A stretch of DNA of 61,964 bases, filler included, from Hausera hauseri (taxonomy: Eukaryota): the NCBI GenBank assembly GCA_046269625.1. It is 10 parts of 10 records of this genome, joined end to end, with 100 filler letters (N's around TTAATTAATTAA, not from the genome) between each part and the next. Parts side by side here need not be neighbours in the genome. Positions count along the whole stretch, not along the records: positions 37,741 to 41,960 come from JBJURY010693327.1; positions 42,061 to 47,411 come from JBJURY010273286.1; positions 47,512 to 52,462 come from JBJURY010381480.1; 7 more parts are not named here. The stretch is one strand, 5' to 3'. The notes below the pieces were generated by a model. The model saw only the letters and a list, made by a program, of their open reading frames with translations, was not told the origin of the DNA and did not search any database. Made by a program: the position numbers and the translations under genes. This document shows, piece by piece, positions 37,741-50,270 of the stretch (within the stretch, counting starts at the first letter, position 1; every line of letters begins with the position of its first letter).

Positions 37741-38143
37741 TCAGGTTCGCCTCGCACATTGGGCATTCGTCTTCTTCTTTTGCCCAATTCTCATCGTCTA
37801 GGTCCACTCTCAACAAAATCTCAATAGGCTCTACTATCAACCCTTCTTCATCTTGATACAAACAAGCGTATATTCTTTTTTGCTTTGGGTTTATTGAGCT
37901 TTTTTTAGGATCGCATCCGACAGCTATTAGGGTCCAATCGCTGATAGTATCTCGATCTAAATCTGGAACTTCACCAGTCGATCGGTATTTCTGGTATTGT
38001 TTCTTCAGCAGCAGTTTAACTGATTTATCCACAAAGACTAAGATTTTGCCATTCCGTTTTGACTGAAATATCGGGGCAACATATCTTCCAATTTTGGGAT
38101 TTTCCCAGACATAGGTATTCTCGTAGACTTGTCTGGCAGGCAC
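37741..38143 (-). CDS. Unknown accessory ORF of the LTR element, 3'-truncated
   Basis: Open globular-looking ORF; shares a QKYRSTGEVP-like motif with the ORF at 39210-39968. Confidence 0.45.
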
Positions 38144-38715
38144 TAGTTTAACAAAAACATTGCTTCTTTAATTTTCTGTTTGCTGTAATACTCTGTAGCT
38201 ATTAGCATCCTGGGATAGTCTGCTGCAGTGGCATAGTGGACATTTTCTGTGGATGTCTTCTTTCGCAAGACGTTTATTTCGGTTATTCATTCTTTTTGCT
38301 TGCTTGTTTTCTCCATGGTTTTCTCGACATGGGGCTGCTTGTTTGGTCTTAAGGTTTCCTCAGCTGATGGTTTCAATTTTGAATCTTTTTTCTCTGCCCT
38401 GGGTTCAGTCTTTAATCATTTTTTGACTTCTTTACTTTTCTTCTTGAATAAGTAGTCAAAAAAGAGGTTTTCCTTTTTATTGTTTTACCGCTTTCAGTCT
38501 CTGACCTTCTCTGTTTCTCTTCTATGTATTTCCGGGGTATTTCTGATACCTTAAATGAACTATTATTTGCTATAGCATCATAACTGGTACTGGGTCTTTC
38601 ATTGGTACATGCTTTATTTTCTGTCCCCTCCATTTTCAATCCTTGGATGGTTATTTGGTAGTTCCATTCTGGTTTGATTTCGACGTTTCTGGGTGGAGAG
38701 TAAGAGCGAAAATGT

Positions 38716-39310
38716 CTACGGTATCGTGAGCTGAGCCCTTCGGAAATCGGAAATTTCCTTTAAATTTTGTCCGGGGTTACTGGGAATCCATTCGTGTTCC
38801 CACTTTAACCCAGCATTTATATCTCTTAGATATTGTGATCTTTGACTTGCGGATAGTACTCTGCTTAATTTTATATTTTCTCCGGTCATGGCCTCTACCA
38901 TTAACTTGAAACGTCCTTCCATAATCAATGGTATGTGGCTCTTTTTTTCTTCTACCTTATTTCCCAGTTGTCTCATAATAGTCGTGTGGGTTTCTATTTC
39001 TCTTACTCCGGCTATATATGTTATCAGTATGGCCAACTTCCTCATTATGCTCTCTATTTTATACCCCACTAAGACGTATCCATAGAGGCATTGCGTTACT
39101 TCTTGTTTTACTAATTTGAAATCCTTTCCATGATTCAGATGCTCTCTTTTAATTCCGGTAATTTCTGCTTGCGTTTCAAACACTTTTTGTCTTGGATTGA
39201 TGATTTTGATTAGACTTCAATCCCGTTTTCTTCTCGGATGGATATTTCGATAACAAAGTAGTTTCGTTCTTCTCCTTCCATATAATTTATCGCGACGATT
39301 CTGAGATTTC
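38716..39310 (-). pseudogene. REX4/ISG20-like DEDDh exonuclease domain with degenerate catalytic residues and a 1-nt frameshift
   Basis: RIVAINYMEG..VIEISIREENGIEV / KIINPRQKVFETQAEITGIKREHLNHGKDFKLVKQEVTQCLYGYVLVGY compared with REX4 ALDCEMVG..RVSIVN..G..DKYVKP..V..TAVSGIRPENL..G..VQKEV..LKGRILVGH. Confidence 0.7.
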
Positions 39311-39968
39311 TCTCGTCAACCAACAGTCTGAACGAATGTAAGTGGGTATCTTGTTCCTTTTTCGTAGGCCTTTGACTAAACTCTAAAGGTGGTAACGATA
39401 TAGGTATTTCTTCTTTTTCTGTGGTTGCGATCATCATTTTTACTGGTAAGGCGGCTATGCGAAATTCCAATTCGTGATTTGTGAGGCGCCTACTGTTGAA
39501 TACAAAGGTACTAAACCGGCTTTGCCTACCTTGGAAGGAATCCCATTTTTGATCCTTCAGTCCATAATAAATTTTCCCGTCTGCCAAGTGCACATAAATT
39601 TTCTGTTCCTTCTCTGGTTGGTACTGAGCGATTGGTTTGAAAGGGTATGCCCTAGAATCTTTATCTTCCCTCCATGCGTACAAATATACTGCTCTAGCTT
39701 CCTCGGTTGTTCCTTTTAGCCCATTCGGTATTTCGCCCACTTTTCTATACTGCACGAAGCTTTTTCCTTGTAATTCTGTGTTTATTTTCCTATAGACGGC
39801 CTTTGAATTTGGGATCCGCACTGTTACGTAGTTTTGTAGAAATTCGTCGATACTAAGTCGACTAGTCATTTTCTCCGTGTCGATCCTAAGTTGGCTCGGG
39901 ACTTCCTTGGCGTCGATGCTAATTCGGCTTGGTTCAATCTGGGTCTGAGTACTTACCAATCTGAACAA
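39210..39968 (-). CDS. Accessory ORF: unknown N-terminal domain leading into the exonuclease-like domain
   Basis: 252-aa open frame whose C-terminus carries the ExoI-like strand. Confidence 0.55.
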   Translation of the reverse strand: MFRLVSTQTQIEPSRISIDAKEVPSQLRIDTEKMTSRLSIDEFLQNYVTVRIPNSKAVYRKINTELQGKSFVQYRKVGEIPNGLKGTTEEARAVYLYAWREDKDSRAYPFKPIAQYQPEKEQKIYVHLADGKIYYGLKDQKWDSFQGRQSRFSTFVFNSRRLTNHELEFRIAALPVKMMIATTEKEEIPISLPPLEFSQRPTKKEQDTHLHSFRLLVDERNLRIVAINYMEGEERNYFVIEISIREENGIEV

Positions 39969-40058
39969 AAGAACATAAAGGTTAATCTTAAAACAAAGGA
40001 TGATTTTAAACCAAAACCAATTCTTTGTGTAATGACAGAATAACCTGATCTGTAAATA

Positions 40059-41400
40059 TCAGATTATTTTATCATATGGATCTACAGGGTTCTCCAATTT
40101 CCTTATTTCCCATTTTGAATTTTTATGACGCTTAGAATAACAGTTTTTGGTGACTAATCGGAAAATCGCAATTAGTATAATGAGAACAAATGTTGACAGT
40201 ACCGTGATAGATACGATTGGTAGTGTAGTTAGTCCTATCGGTGCTTGTGTGTTCACTAGAGTTTTGATCTGCTCATCTATATCCTCATGTGTATGGGATT
40301 CTGTGCGAATCTCATCTAAAGTTTGCAATGTAACGGTCTGATTTTGCTTATTTTCCGCACATATTTGTACTATATATTCGGTTTGTGATTTTAATAGATT
40401 GCACTCTGTTTGATAAGTATTTTTAAATAATGTCACCACTTGATTATTATACGTTGTCCGACAACTTATGTATATATTGTAATTTTGTTTCTCTTCCACG
40501 AAGAACACAATCTTAGACCGATATGCCGAATATTTAATAGGGATACTTCCTAATTCTCTTTTTTGCATACTGGCCGATGTGATGGTTGACGTAATGGTAT
40601 TAATTTAAGTAGCTTATCTTCTGGTGGTCGTCGTTACTGAAATTTCCCAATTTCTGTTTTCTGGATAGTAAGTTCTCAACTGTATACTTGGTTTATTCGG
40701 CCTTACTTCATATAAGTCAAATCTTATTTTGAATTCCCGGTTTACGGGTATTTTACAGCATGGTTTTTGCACGCCTGCTCGAATAGAACAATATTCTATT
40801 TTCGGGGTCGGTCCAACTGTTGCTTCAAACGTGATCCTAATTTCCTGACTGAAAGTTAATCCTGTTCTAACGTCTACTTGAATGCATCGTTTGTCCTTAT
40901 TTACAGAGATTCTCTGGATATTTTCGTCTAATATTCTTATATCTGAGTCGGTAGATCGTAATATTTCATTCAGTTTTACTCCATGATGTCTGTTCCATGA
41001 AGGGATAATTAATTGAGAATGTGGCTTTGTTTCAATATAAGCTTCGGATGAATTTGGTAAGTATAGACGATAGGTGAGGTTATACGTGCGTCCAAAATCT
41101 ATGTCTCAGAACTGCATATTTTCTGGGGTTCGAAATCACAATTTTTCGTGGCTTTTGTGGTTAAATCAAGCAAGACAATTTGAAACCTTCCGAAATCGTA
41201 ATGCGGTTTCCAAGTTTTAAATCCAACGCATACTGCGTTTGGCGATTAATAGTGAACTGTCATCGACTGTAACAATTTAATATCTTTTTGTCTTTGAATT
41301 CCTATAACTGTTGGTTTCTTTTCCGATTTAACTGTTTCCGCTTTTGATCAACTCTTCCGAAGTCCATATATATCTCCTAACGTAGATTCGTCGTGCCACC
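40059..41400 (-). pseudogene. Type I membrane protein with fibronectin type III-like domains, decayed
   Basis: Beta-rich ectodomain with FN3-like C-terminal signatures (DIDFGRTYNLTYRL; CNLLKSQTEYIVQICAEN); TM LPIVSITVLSTFVLIILIAIF; basic stop-transfer sequence. Confidence 0.6.
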
Positions 41401-41446
41401 ATTACGCTTGTATTCTTGGGATGTAGGAGGCAATCAACGATAATGC

Positions 41447-41960
41447 TTAAACTATTTGAACATATGATATTGGTCTAGTAACTATCGACGAAGTTTTTAC
41501 CTCACGTTGGCGTAAATTATAACGTTTGCTGGGTCGTATTTCTGTCTTGACAACTCTCTGTATTGACACAACTTCTTCTTTTCCATTTTTGTTGACATAC
41601 ACTGTGGCTGGCGTGACTCTAGTGACTTCATACGGTCCTCTACCCGTACGAGTCAATTTTAGTGAGGTGCCTTTTTTGGCTACTGGATAATGTACATAAA
41701 CCCAGCTTCCTGATTCCAGGTCATGTGGTTTCGCTTTCTTATTGTATTGTCTTTTAAATTGCTCTTAATATTCTTGAGATAATTCCTTGGCTATTTCCCA
41801 ACACTCTTGCATCTGTTCTAAACTTTTTGGGATTAACTGTGTATGGCGTCATTCCTAAGTTCGTGGGCAACACGGCTTCACGTCCATACATCATAAAAAC
41901 GGCATAAATCCTGTTGCTAGATGTGGCGCAATATTAATTGCAAATTGCGTTCCTTCCAAA
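41447..41960 (-). pseudogene. Gypsy integrase C-terminal region
   Basis: QFAINIAPHLATGFMPF; KRQYNKKAKPHDLESGSWVYV; LKL..GRGPYEV (GPY motif); KRYNLR. Confidence 0.88.
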
Positions 41961-42060
41961 NNNNNNNNNNNNNNNNNNNNNNNNNNNNNNNNNNNNNNNN
42001 NNNNTTAATTAATTAANNNNNNNNNNNNNNNNNNNNNNNNNNNNNNNNNNNNNNNNNNNN

Positions 42061-42530
42061 TGGTATATTTATTTCACTCTGATTTGATGTTTGTTTATTT
42101 TCATCATCACTAATAGTGAATAGTTGAAAATTATCGTATAATATATCTTCTAACATTTCCCGTTGTTTTTTACGTTTTCGCGACAAAGGTCTTTTCTTTC
42201 TTTGCCTTTCTAGCTTTCCTTCTTCGGCGTTTTCTTTGTCATCACTTATTGGGTTAAAATCGCATTTTCGTGGTCTTCCTCCCTTTTTCTTGATGCCAAA
42301 TTCCATGGTAATCTGGTATATTTTTGAGTTGGTATATTTCTTTCCGGTAAAGAGTCCATATTTTACAACATGATCATTGTCAACGGCTAATCTGCCATGA
42401 ACATTGGTTTTTACTATTACATTAGTTTCAAGATCTAACTCAACTAACAGTTTCCTTCGGAGATTTGTAAATTTAGTGAACATTCCTGCTGTTACTTCGA
42501 TTACTTGTTCCAAAAAAGTTCTTTCATCCA
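42061..42530 (-). CDS. Unknown ORF with AT-hook-like GGRPRK and basic NLS, 3'-truncated
   Basis: Open from ATG (MDERTFLEQ..) to the contig edge; no family recognised. Confidence 0.35.
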
Positions 42531-42588
42531 TGAAGATGACGAAATACCCGGTATAGAAAAAGAAGATGATGTGCTTATTCACCTATAA

Positions 42589-42780
42589 AATCCAAGAGTT
42601 TCTGAATTTAAAAATTTTACCATTGAGAAATTGAAAGTTGTTGTACAACATTTTACTGCTCTTTCAGACTTATACTTAGCTATTAATTTTCTACCACTCG
42701 TTAATGCCAATGTCCGCAATTTTTTCTCTCCTTCAATCCCATACCTCGTTATCCATATACATTTACGCAATCGCGGTGGA
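42589..42780 (+). pseudogene. Ubiquitin-like segment ending in RNRGG upstream of gag (copy B)
   Basis: FTIEKLKVVVQHFTALSDLYLAIN..LVIHIHLRNRGG compared with ubiquitin TIENVKAKIQ..LHLVLRLRGG. Confidence 0.62.
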
Positions 42781-45700
42781 ATTGACTCTTTACCCACCAT
42801 TTTTGAAACTGACAAAACTACCTCTAAACCATCACATTTTGCTTTTCACCCGAAATAAACGACCGTAACCACGCCATCTACTTTCACCAGTTATACATCT
42901 GCCATCTCGCCAGCTAAACACACTTCTTCTCAGTGACGGAATATTTGATTGATTAGGAAAAATCGAGCAAAACCTGGCTCAGCTTTCACAAACTTTGGCT
43001 GCAGTCTAACAACATTACTGATCCCTAAGTAAAAGCTCATAGTTTACTTTACCTCTTACCAAACACAGTAAAGACTTCTCTTCACGACATTTTAGTTGTT
43101 TTTTAATAATCCGACCCGTACACAAATCTCTATAATGCAGTTTTAAAATTTACCGAATAGTATATGGATTCCATAATCCATAGATTCTTTAATGATAACG
43201 CCATTGGAACACAAAAACCTTCTGAGTCCCTACGTACGTTGTTGTCTCATCTACAAACGCTAAGTGTAACTAGGCAACATAATTCAGACCTTCTGTGACG
43301 ATATTTCTTAAACGCTTTGCCTATACAAATTAGAGCACTTCTTACCGTTGTAGAGGAATCTACGGCGTTTGATAAATTGGCGGAATTGGCTAATAAATTA
43401 CATGAAGTGCTACAATTGAATTCCCAACCAATTGTATCAGCAGCAGTCGCAACAAGCGACAATCAACATAATACAACAATAGATCAACAGTTGAGCCAAT
43501 TACGCGCTGAAAATGTAGCACTACAACAGATAATACATAGATTTAATAATAAGTTGCACGATCTTTCATTACCACACCGAAGTGTTCCTATTCATATTCA
43601 TAATTATTCTGTTTCCAGAAATAGGTCACCATTGCCTACACGATCATTTGTGTGCTATTATCATAGAAAATTTCACATTAAAGCTAATAAGTGGTGTTTA
43701 GATTGTAGATATTGCACTCCAAATTTACATTCAAACAAGATTTTTTGCATCTGCCATGCGAAATTTTGATTCCACGCTCCGAAATGTCTTTTAGGCTTCA
43801 ACTATAAGAACAACGCTAACCATACTACCGACAGACGTTCTATTTCCCGTAGTAATAGTCGGCTGAGCTCATCAATGCAAGAAAACTAATTTCGCTGCCC
43901 GTACCCATGGCAGAGTCTGGCAAAGGCAACTTCTCTAATACAATCTGCCGACACACTTCTTTTTCAGTCTTAACACTAAAGGCTTCGATAACCACACCAA
44001 CAACTCAATCCATAGATTTCCTTATCGACACAGGCGCTGCGGTTTCTTTGCTACCACTCACTTTCCCTGCACAAAATTCACCGTTCAAAGCTAAATCGTT
44101 ATTTACGGCTTCAGGACAACCGCTAGACATTTCAGGTACATCTAAATTGTCGTTCATCTTACCAAACTTTCAGTCCACGTTTCATTGGACGTTTACCATC
44201 GCTAACGGCTTCACAGCAATCCTAGGTTCGGATTTTTTATCGCACTCTAATCTTTTAGTTGATTGCAAACAACAATGTCTGAAACATAACACTACTGGAT
44301 ATCCTACCAAGCAAATAAATAGTATATCCGCTAAGGCACAAACGATCTTCTCGCGGAAGCCTGTACTCAAAAATCCTGTAAGTAATCCAAACTTCTTGAA
44401 CAAGCATTTTTCATTTCGTAAATTTTTAATGATAATTTCGATATTCAGTCGAGATTTGGTTTTGACAACTACGATTGTGTTGGTTCAGTACATTCACTAG
44501 ACGAAATTACATCTTCAAACACTATTTTTAATACTACTATCCTACACCAAATTCCCCTTAATTGCAATAACTCACAAACATCACTCGTCACTGCACATAT
44601 TGACTCAACACCATCACCATCACCCAATCTCTCACATTTAGCTGCAAGTCTACGGAAATACATACGCACTGCATGCCCCCGCTTAATCCAGAATGACCGA
44701 ACCTTCACATCTACAAACAACACTTTTCATCACATCATAATGCAACACCAAATACTTATTCTGCAAAAGGTACGTCCATTGTCACCTCGTCGTAGGCAAA
44801 CTGTCGAAACGAAATTTCTAGACCTTGAACGCTCCGACATTGTACGCAGATCTAAATCGTCGTGGTTTTCGCCTTTAGACGTTTTCTAAAAAAAGATGGA
44901 TCCTTTCGACCATGCGGTGATTACCGTCAGCTAAACACTTTAACTGCTATGTATGCACACGCTTTACCATTAATTAAGGATAACCCGCACAGGCTCAATT
45001 CCACTACAGTATATTCAACCATAGACTTAGACAAGACATGTCATCAAATTCCTGTAGCACCCTAAGACAGCGAGAAAACTGCAGTTACGACATCTTTCGG
45101 CCTGTAAGAATACATTGATATGCCTTTTGGTTTACGCAACGCTGCGCAGACTTTCCAACGTCACATCGATTACATCCTCTCGTATTTCACTTTCGAGCAT
45201 CCATATATCAACGATTTCTTGATTGCTTCGTCTTCAACCAAACAGCATGAGGAACATCTTCCTTCTATTTTTCAACGACTTAACAACCATAATTTACAAA
45301 TTAATTTTACGAAATGTCACTTCTTCCAAAGGCGTATTAACTTTCTCGGACACATCATTTCGGCAAATGGTCATTATTCTCAATCAGAACGTGTTAAAAA
45401 TCTCAAAAGTATACAAATACCCCGAAAAACAACAGAAATGAGGAGCTTTTTGGGAACTTTGTACTTCGTTCACAAGTATATGCCGTACTGCTCTGAACTT
45501 ACAGCACCATTTGCTTACTTAAGCGGCGGCAAAAAACATCTGCCAATCCAGTGGGCACTTGACCTGGTTGATAAATTTGATAAGCTACGCGAAGGAATCA
45601 AGATCGTCGACATTCTCGCTTTCCCCAAGCCTGATGCGGAACTCATTCTTACTACAGACACTTCAACCACTGCGGTAGGTGCTGTGCTTTACCAAATACA

Positions 45701-47411
45701 CAAAGAAGAAAATCAACCACTAGAATTTTTCTCTCGTAGGCTAACATCCCTTGAAACTTGATATTCAACGTTCGATTGAGAATTATTGGCCATAATTCTC
45801 GTTTTAAAGCATTTGTCCCACCTACTTGTCGCTCGCCGTTTTACCATACAGACCGATCACAAGCCCTCGCTAAACATCATGACTATAAAACATCCTTCCT
45901 CACGCCAAGAACGACAGATATCATATCTGTCGACATTTAACTTTGACATTAAACATATTAACGGGATTAATAATTTGGTTGACGATTTCCTATCTAGGAC
46001 CGTTGGTTCGATTAATTTTTCACCAATCTTCTCTCAAGTATAACTCTAACAGAACCAGTCACCTCAGGACATGCTTAATTCTTTTAAGTCTTATACAATT
46101 GTTGACGGCGTGGACTTAGACAATTCCAAACCAGGTCATTCCGTAATAATTCTCGCGCCACCTTTGCAATGGCAAGCTTTTAACAGTGTACATTCACCGA
46201 ACCATCCTAGTGCTAAGGCAACTTTTTGCTTACTCCACTGGCAAGTAATGTGGCCAATTATGCGTTCTGGTATGCAAACTTGGATTAAGGAGTGCGTGGC
46301 TTGCCAGAAATTTAAAATCACCAAACATTTGAAGCCACCACTATATAATTTCTCTTGCACATCACGTTTCGAGTCTGTTCATGTTGATCTCGTTGGCCCT
46401 CTTCCTCCTGACAACCGTCATTAGTTCATTTTGATCACGATGGATCGTTCCTCACGTTGGCCAGAAGCTATCCTATTACGGAGCACTAACATGTACACAA
46501 TAGCCGACGTTTTCATACGCACTTGTATCAGCATATTTGGATTCTCTAGATTCATTATTACAGACCAAGGTACTCAGTTTGAGTCCAATTTGTTTAAATT
46601 TCTCTTTAACCGATTAGGAATCAGCCATATACACACATCACTGTATCACTCCCAATCGAATTGTCTTCTGAAGATATTATAGAGAACACTAAAAACGTCA
46701 CTGAGAATCCTCGCAGAATCCAATAGCAGTTGGACTACTCTTCTTCCGTTTGTTCTTCTGGGTTTGCGTAACATCCCTTCTACTTCTACTGATTGTTCAC
46801 CTACGGAAGCCCTCTTCGGAACACCTGTACGTTCATTATTTGAGTTAACTGCCTTGAAGATACACCGACAGACGAAGCTATCCGAACGGCACAGAATCAT
46901 TTTGTCTCAGTCAGTAAAGATTCATTCTGCAGGATAATAAATAACAATAAAACGTACTTACCAGAGGATTTATATTTGGCAAAGTTAGTCTGGCTGAGAA
47001 ATCAGACGCCGTGCGGTTTTCAACCACGGTATTTGGACCTTACAAACTCGTTCAATTGCATTCCCGCAATGCCATTATTTCAAAAGACGGTAAGGAACTA
47101 TCGGTGCATATCAAAAATGTAAAGCCTGCTTTTTGCGTAGATGATACCCCCTGCCCAAATTGCATCTCCTACCCCCCCTTTTGACTCCTCCACCTTTTCC
47201 TCCTTCCGTTCCTCCACCACCTGCACCCATTTCCATGCCGACCCCTATTTCTACTTCTCTATAAGAATCTCCTCCAATATACAATTCTACTACCCTAACA
47301 ATTTTAGTCCCTTTTCTCCTACATTTTATCCTCCATCTTCTTCCCAGTCTTTGTACCACACAACACCTAACACGACCAAATCCGATTTTACTGTATCTCA
47401 ATCACCTCAAC
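42589..47411 (+). mobile_element. Ty3/Gypsy retrotransposon, heavily decayed (copy B; same family as 5041-8440)
   Basis: Gag LPIQIRALLTVVEESTAFDKLAELA; CYYHRKF; FLIDTGAA; RPCGDYRQLN; MPFGLRNAAQTFQR; TDHKP; integrase VHVDLVGPLP, RWPEA, IITDQGTQFES, GPY. Confidence 0.95.
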
Positions 47412-48049
47412 NNNNNNNNNNNNNNNNNNNNNNNNNNNNNNNNNNNNNNNNNNNNTTAATTAATTAANNNNNNNNNNNNNNNNNNNNNNNNNNNNNNNNN
47501 NNNNNNNNNNNGAATTTAAATTAAAAATGTAATATTAAAAGTATAATTTAATTTTGGAATTGTCGGAAAATTTGTTTCCAAATGAGTAATTTGAGATACA
47601 ATAAAATTTTCTACAACTGGTGTTACTTTGCAATGAGTAATTACAAACGATCAAATTCTGCTTTAGCGGACATACCAGGGGGCAGAGATTTTCCAACCCT
47701 GCTCAAGCTGGGTGGCGATGTGGACGGCGTGGTTGCGCCCGCGACCAATACCCTTAGTTATCTGAGTATGTAGAAGTGTCAGGTCCACCGCACTTCTCTG
47801 ATTGGTCAATCGACGAATCTGCGCATCTGATTGGTTAATCCGCACATTTAAAATTTTCTCACGACCTCCCTCCACGGTGGGAAAAGCTTCGAACATCGGA
47901 CCGACTCAAATCGGTAGAGCTCAACAAGCTGAGCAAAAGTTAATAGTTGTGTGGCTTACAGAAATGTAAGGGAGAGGCGCTAGAAGAGGAAGAAGCAAAA
48001 CAGAAAATGCTCCACGTGTAACGCAAAACATGTTGCTAGCACAGAGAAA

Positions 48050-49520
48050 ATGTGTACAAAGGGTAAATTGATTTTGACAAATCCTATGGACACGGTTGCA
48101 ACTCAATCAGACCATGGGAACATGGAGAAAAATCGATGGGAAATTTTCAAACGGGGAAAATTTCCCCTTGCACAATTCAAACGGCGGTGGAAATTGGTTG
48201 AGCATGTAGCCCATCAAAAGTTGAGCATTTCATATTATTGCCGCCTCACGATCGAACGAAAGGATCCAGGTGAATACGGCAACCGAACAAACAAACGAAC
48301 CGAAAAAACGCATTTTCAACCCTTGCCGTACGGTTCATTTGACTGGGTTGTCGAAAAACCGGAATTGCGTGCATTAATAGACAGTCTGCGTGTAGCAAAC
48401 ACGAAAGAAAGCAGCTCAGTAGGCTAACTGATGGAAGTCGATCTCGTTGTTCCATATGAGCCGCATGACGCTCTGGACGAATTACCCGTAGCACCAATTA
48501 GCCAATGTCCACCCAGCGGCTCAATAAAAGTAAAGAAACTGCTCATGACGCATGAACCAAAGCTGAATTACGTGGTTCATTGGCGTCTGCTGCAGTTTTA
48601 CATGGAGCTCGGTGTGCGTGTCACACAGCTTCATTGTGCAATCCGCTTCAATCAGGCGCCGATATTTAAGGCGTACACTGATGGAAATTTCTGGACACGA
48701 GCCGCAGCTTGTAAAAAGTTCGAAAAGGACTATTACAAGTTGAAAAATAATTTTCTTTACGGCAAAGCGGTAGAGAACCTCAAAAGGCAGCTCAATGTGC
48801 TCCTTTGCAACAACGAAAAGCGGCTGGTTACGTACACCAGCAAGGCTCAGTTCAGGCTGTCAATGCACATTGCCGACGGATTAGTCGTCGTGCTTGTACC
48901 GGCCAAGCTACATTGGAGATGTGGTATTGGACTTGAGCAAGTTGCGAATGTACGAGCTTCAGTATCGCAAGTTGGAACGTTACCGGCAAATGTTCGGAAA
49001 GGGCTGTGAGATCAGTATCGTTGCCGGTGACACAGACAGCTTTTTCCTTGAGCTGAAAAACATCGATCGGGACCAACTACACCGGCAAATGATGTCAAAT
49101 GGACTACTGGACACGTCCAACTACCCACAGAACCATCCACTATACGGCAGCGCGATAACAAACAAAACAGGTTGCTTCAAGGACGAAAGTGAAGGCCGGG
49201 TTCAATAAAGGAAATGGATTTTCCTACGCCCAAATGCTACAGTCTTCTGACGGACTTTGGGCCGAAAATGCGGGCCAAAGGCATCCAGCTGAAACAGACG
49301 GAAATAAATCACAGTGATTATCGCCGTGACTATAATGGACAAGAAGACGAAGAAGACGGAGGAGGCGGAAAGGCTGTTGTGTCTCAAACGACCATACGAT
49401 CGACTGAGCACTAGCTGTATACAATTACAAATAGGAAGGTTGCTTTGTCATGCAACAATGACAAGCAAAAGTGGGTGGGGCAAAATAAGAGTTGGGCGTA
49501 CGAAAATTGGCGGTTGAAGT
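48050..49520 (+). pseudogene. Polinton-like pPolB, internally deleted and decayed
   Basis: QPLPYGSFDW; EVDLVVP..HD..ELPVAP; KKLL..K.NYVVHWRLLQFY; KDYYKLKNNFLYGKAVEN; RPSYIG..VLDLSKLRMY; GDTDS; DTSNYP..HPLY..GCFKDE; PKCYS; RAKGI. Confidence 0.9.
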
Positions 49521-50270
49521 AAAGCACATACATTGCACAGTCAGGCAGCTCAGACCAAGTACAATCAGTCAGACAGTCATTACAATTTATAAAAACTATG
49601 ACACTTACTGTCATATTATTTAATGAATAATGCATATTTCTTCACGTATTTTGTTTTGTTTTGTTTTGTTTTTTTAACTTCACGTATTATTATTTTTATG
49701 TATGACATTTAATAAAATAACGAATTGAGAGAAAAGTAAAATCAATAATTTATTAATCATAAAACACAAAAAAGAAAGCAAGTTAAATCAAACTAAATTT
49801 GCCAAATTTCCACATTGGGGATTTAACGCCACACATTTCTTTGTAGCTTTTCAATTTCAGCGTCAAGCAGCCTTTAGCACCTTTGGATGTCAAAGTCGTC
49901 GCTTCTGATCTTGTTGTTGTTGTTATTGTTTTATCATTATTTAAACGACAATATTTTTCATATTGCCCTTGAGAAAAAAAGATGATGTGTCCCGAATACC
50001 ATTGGACAACACCAAATCACTGTCGACCTTTTTTAGCGTACGTTCCATCGTATCCAAATCACTGTCGCTGATTTTCTTTGCCAACAAACCGTATTTTACA
50101 TGTTTGAGTTTGACCGGTTGCGCCAATGACAATAGAATGAGCGTTCGTAGGTAGTTCAATTTGTAGCCATTGTACAACCGAAACGGTCTGACCAAATATT
50201 GATTATATCGTGGTTGACTTGCAGCAGCAGAATTCAAATCTATTAGTGCTTTATTAGAATTCACTGCCGT

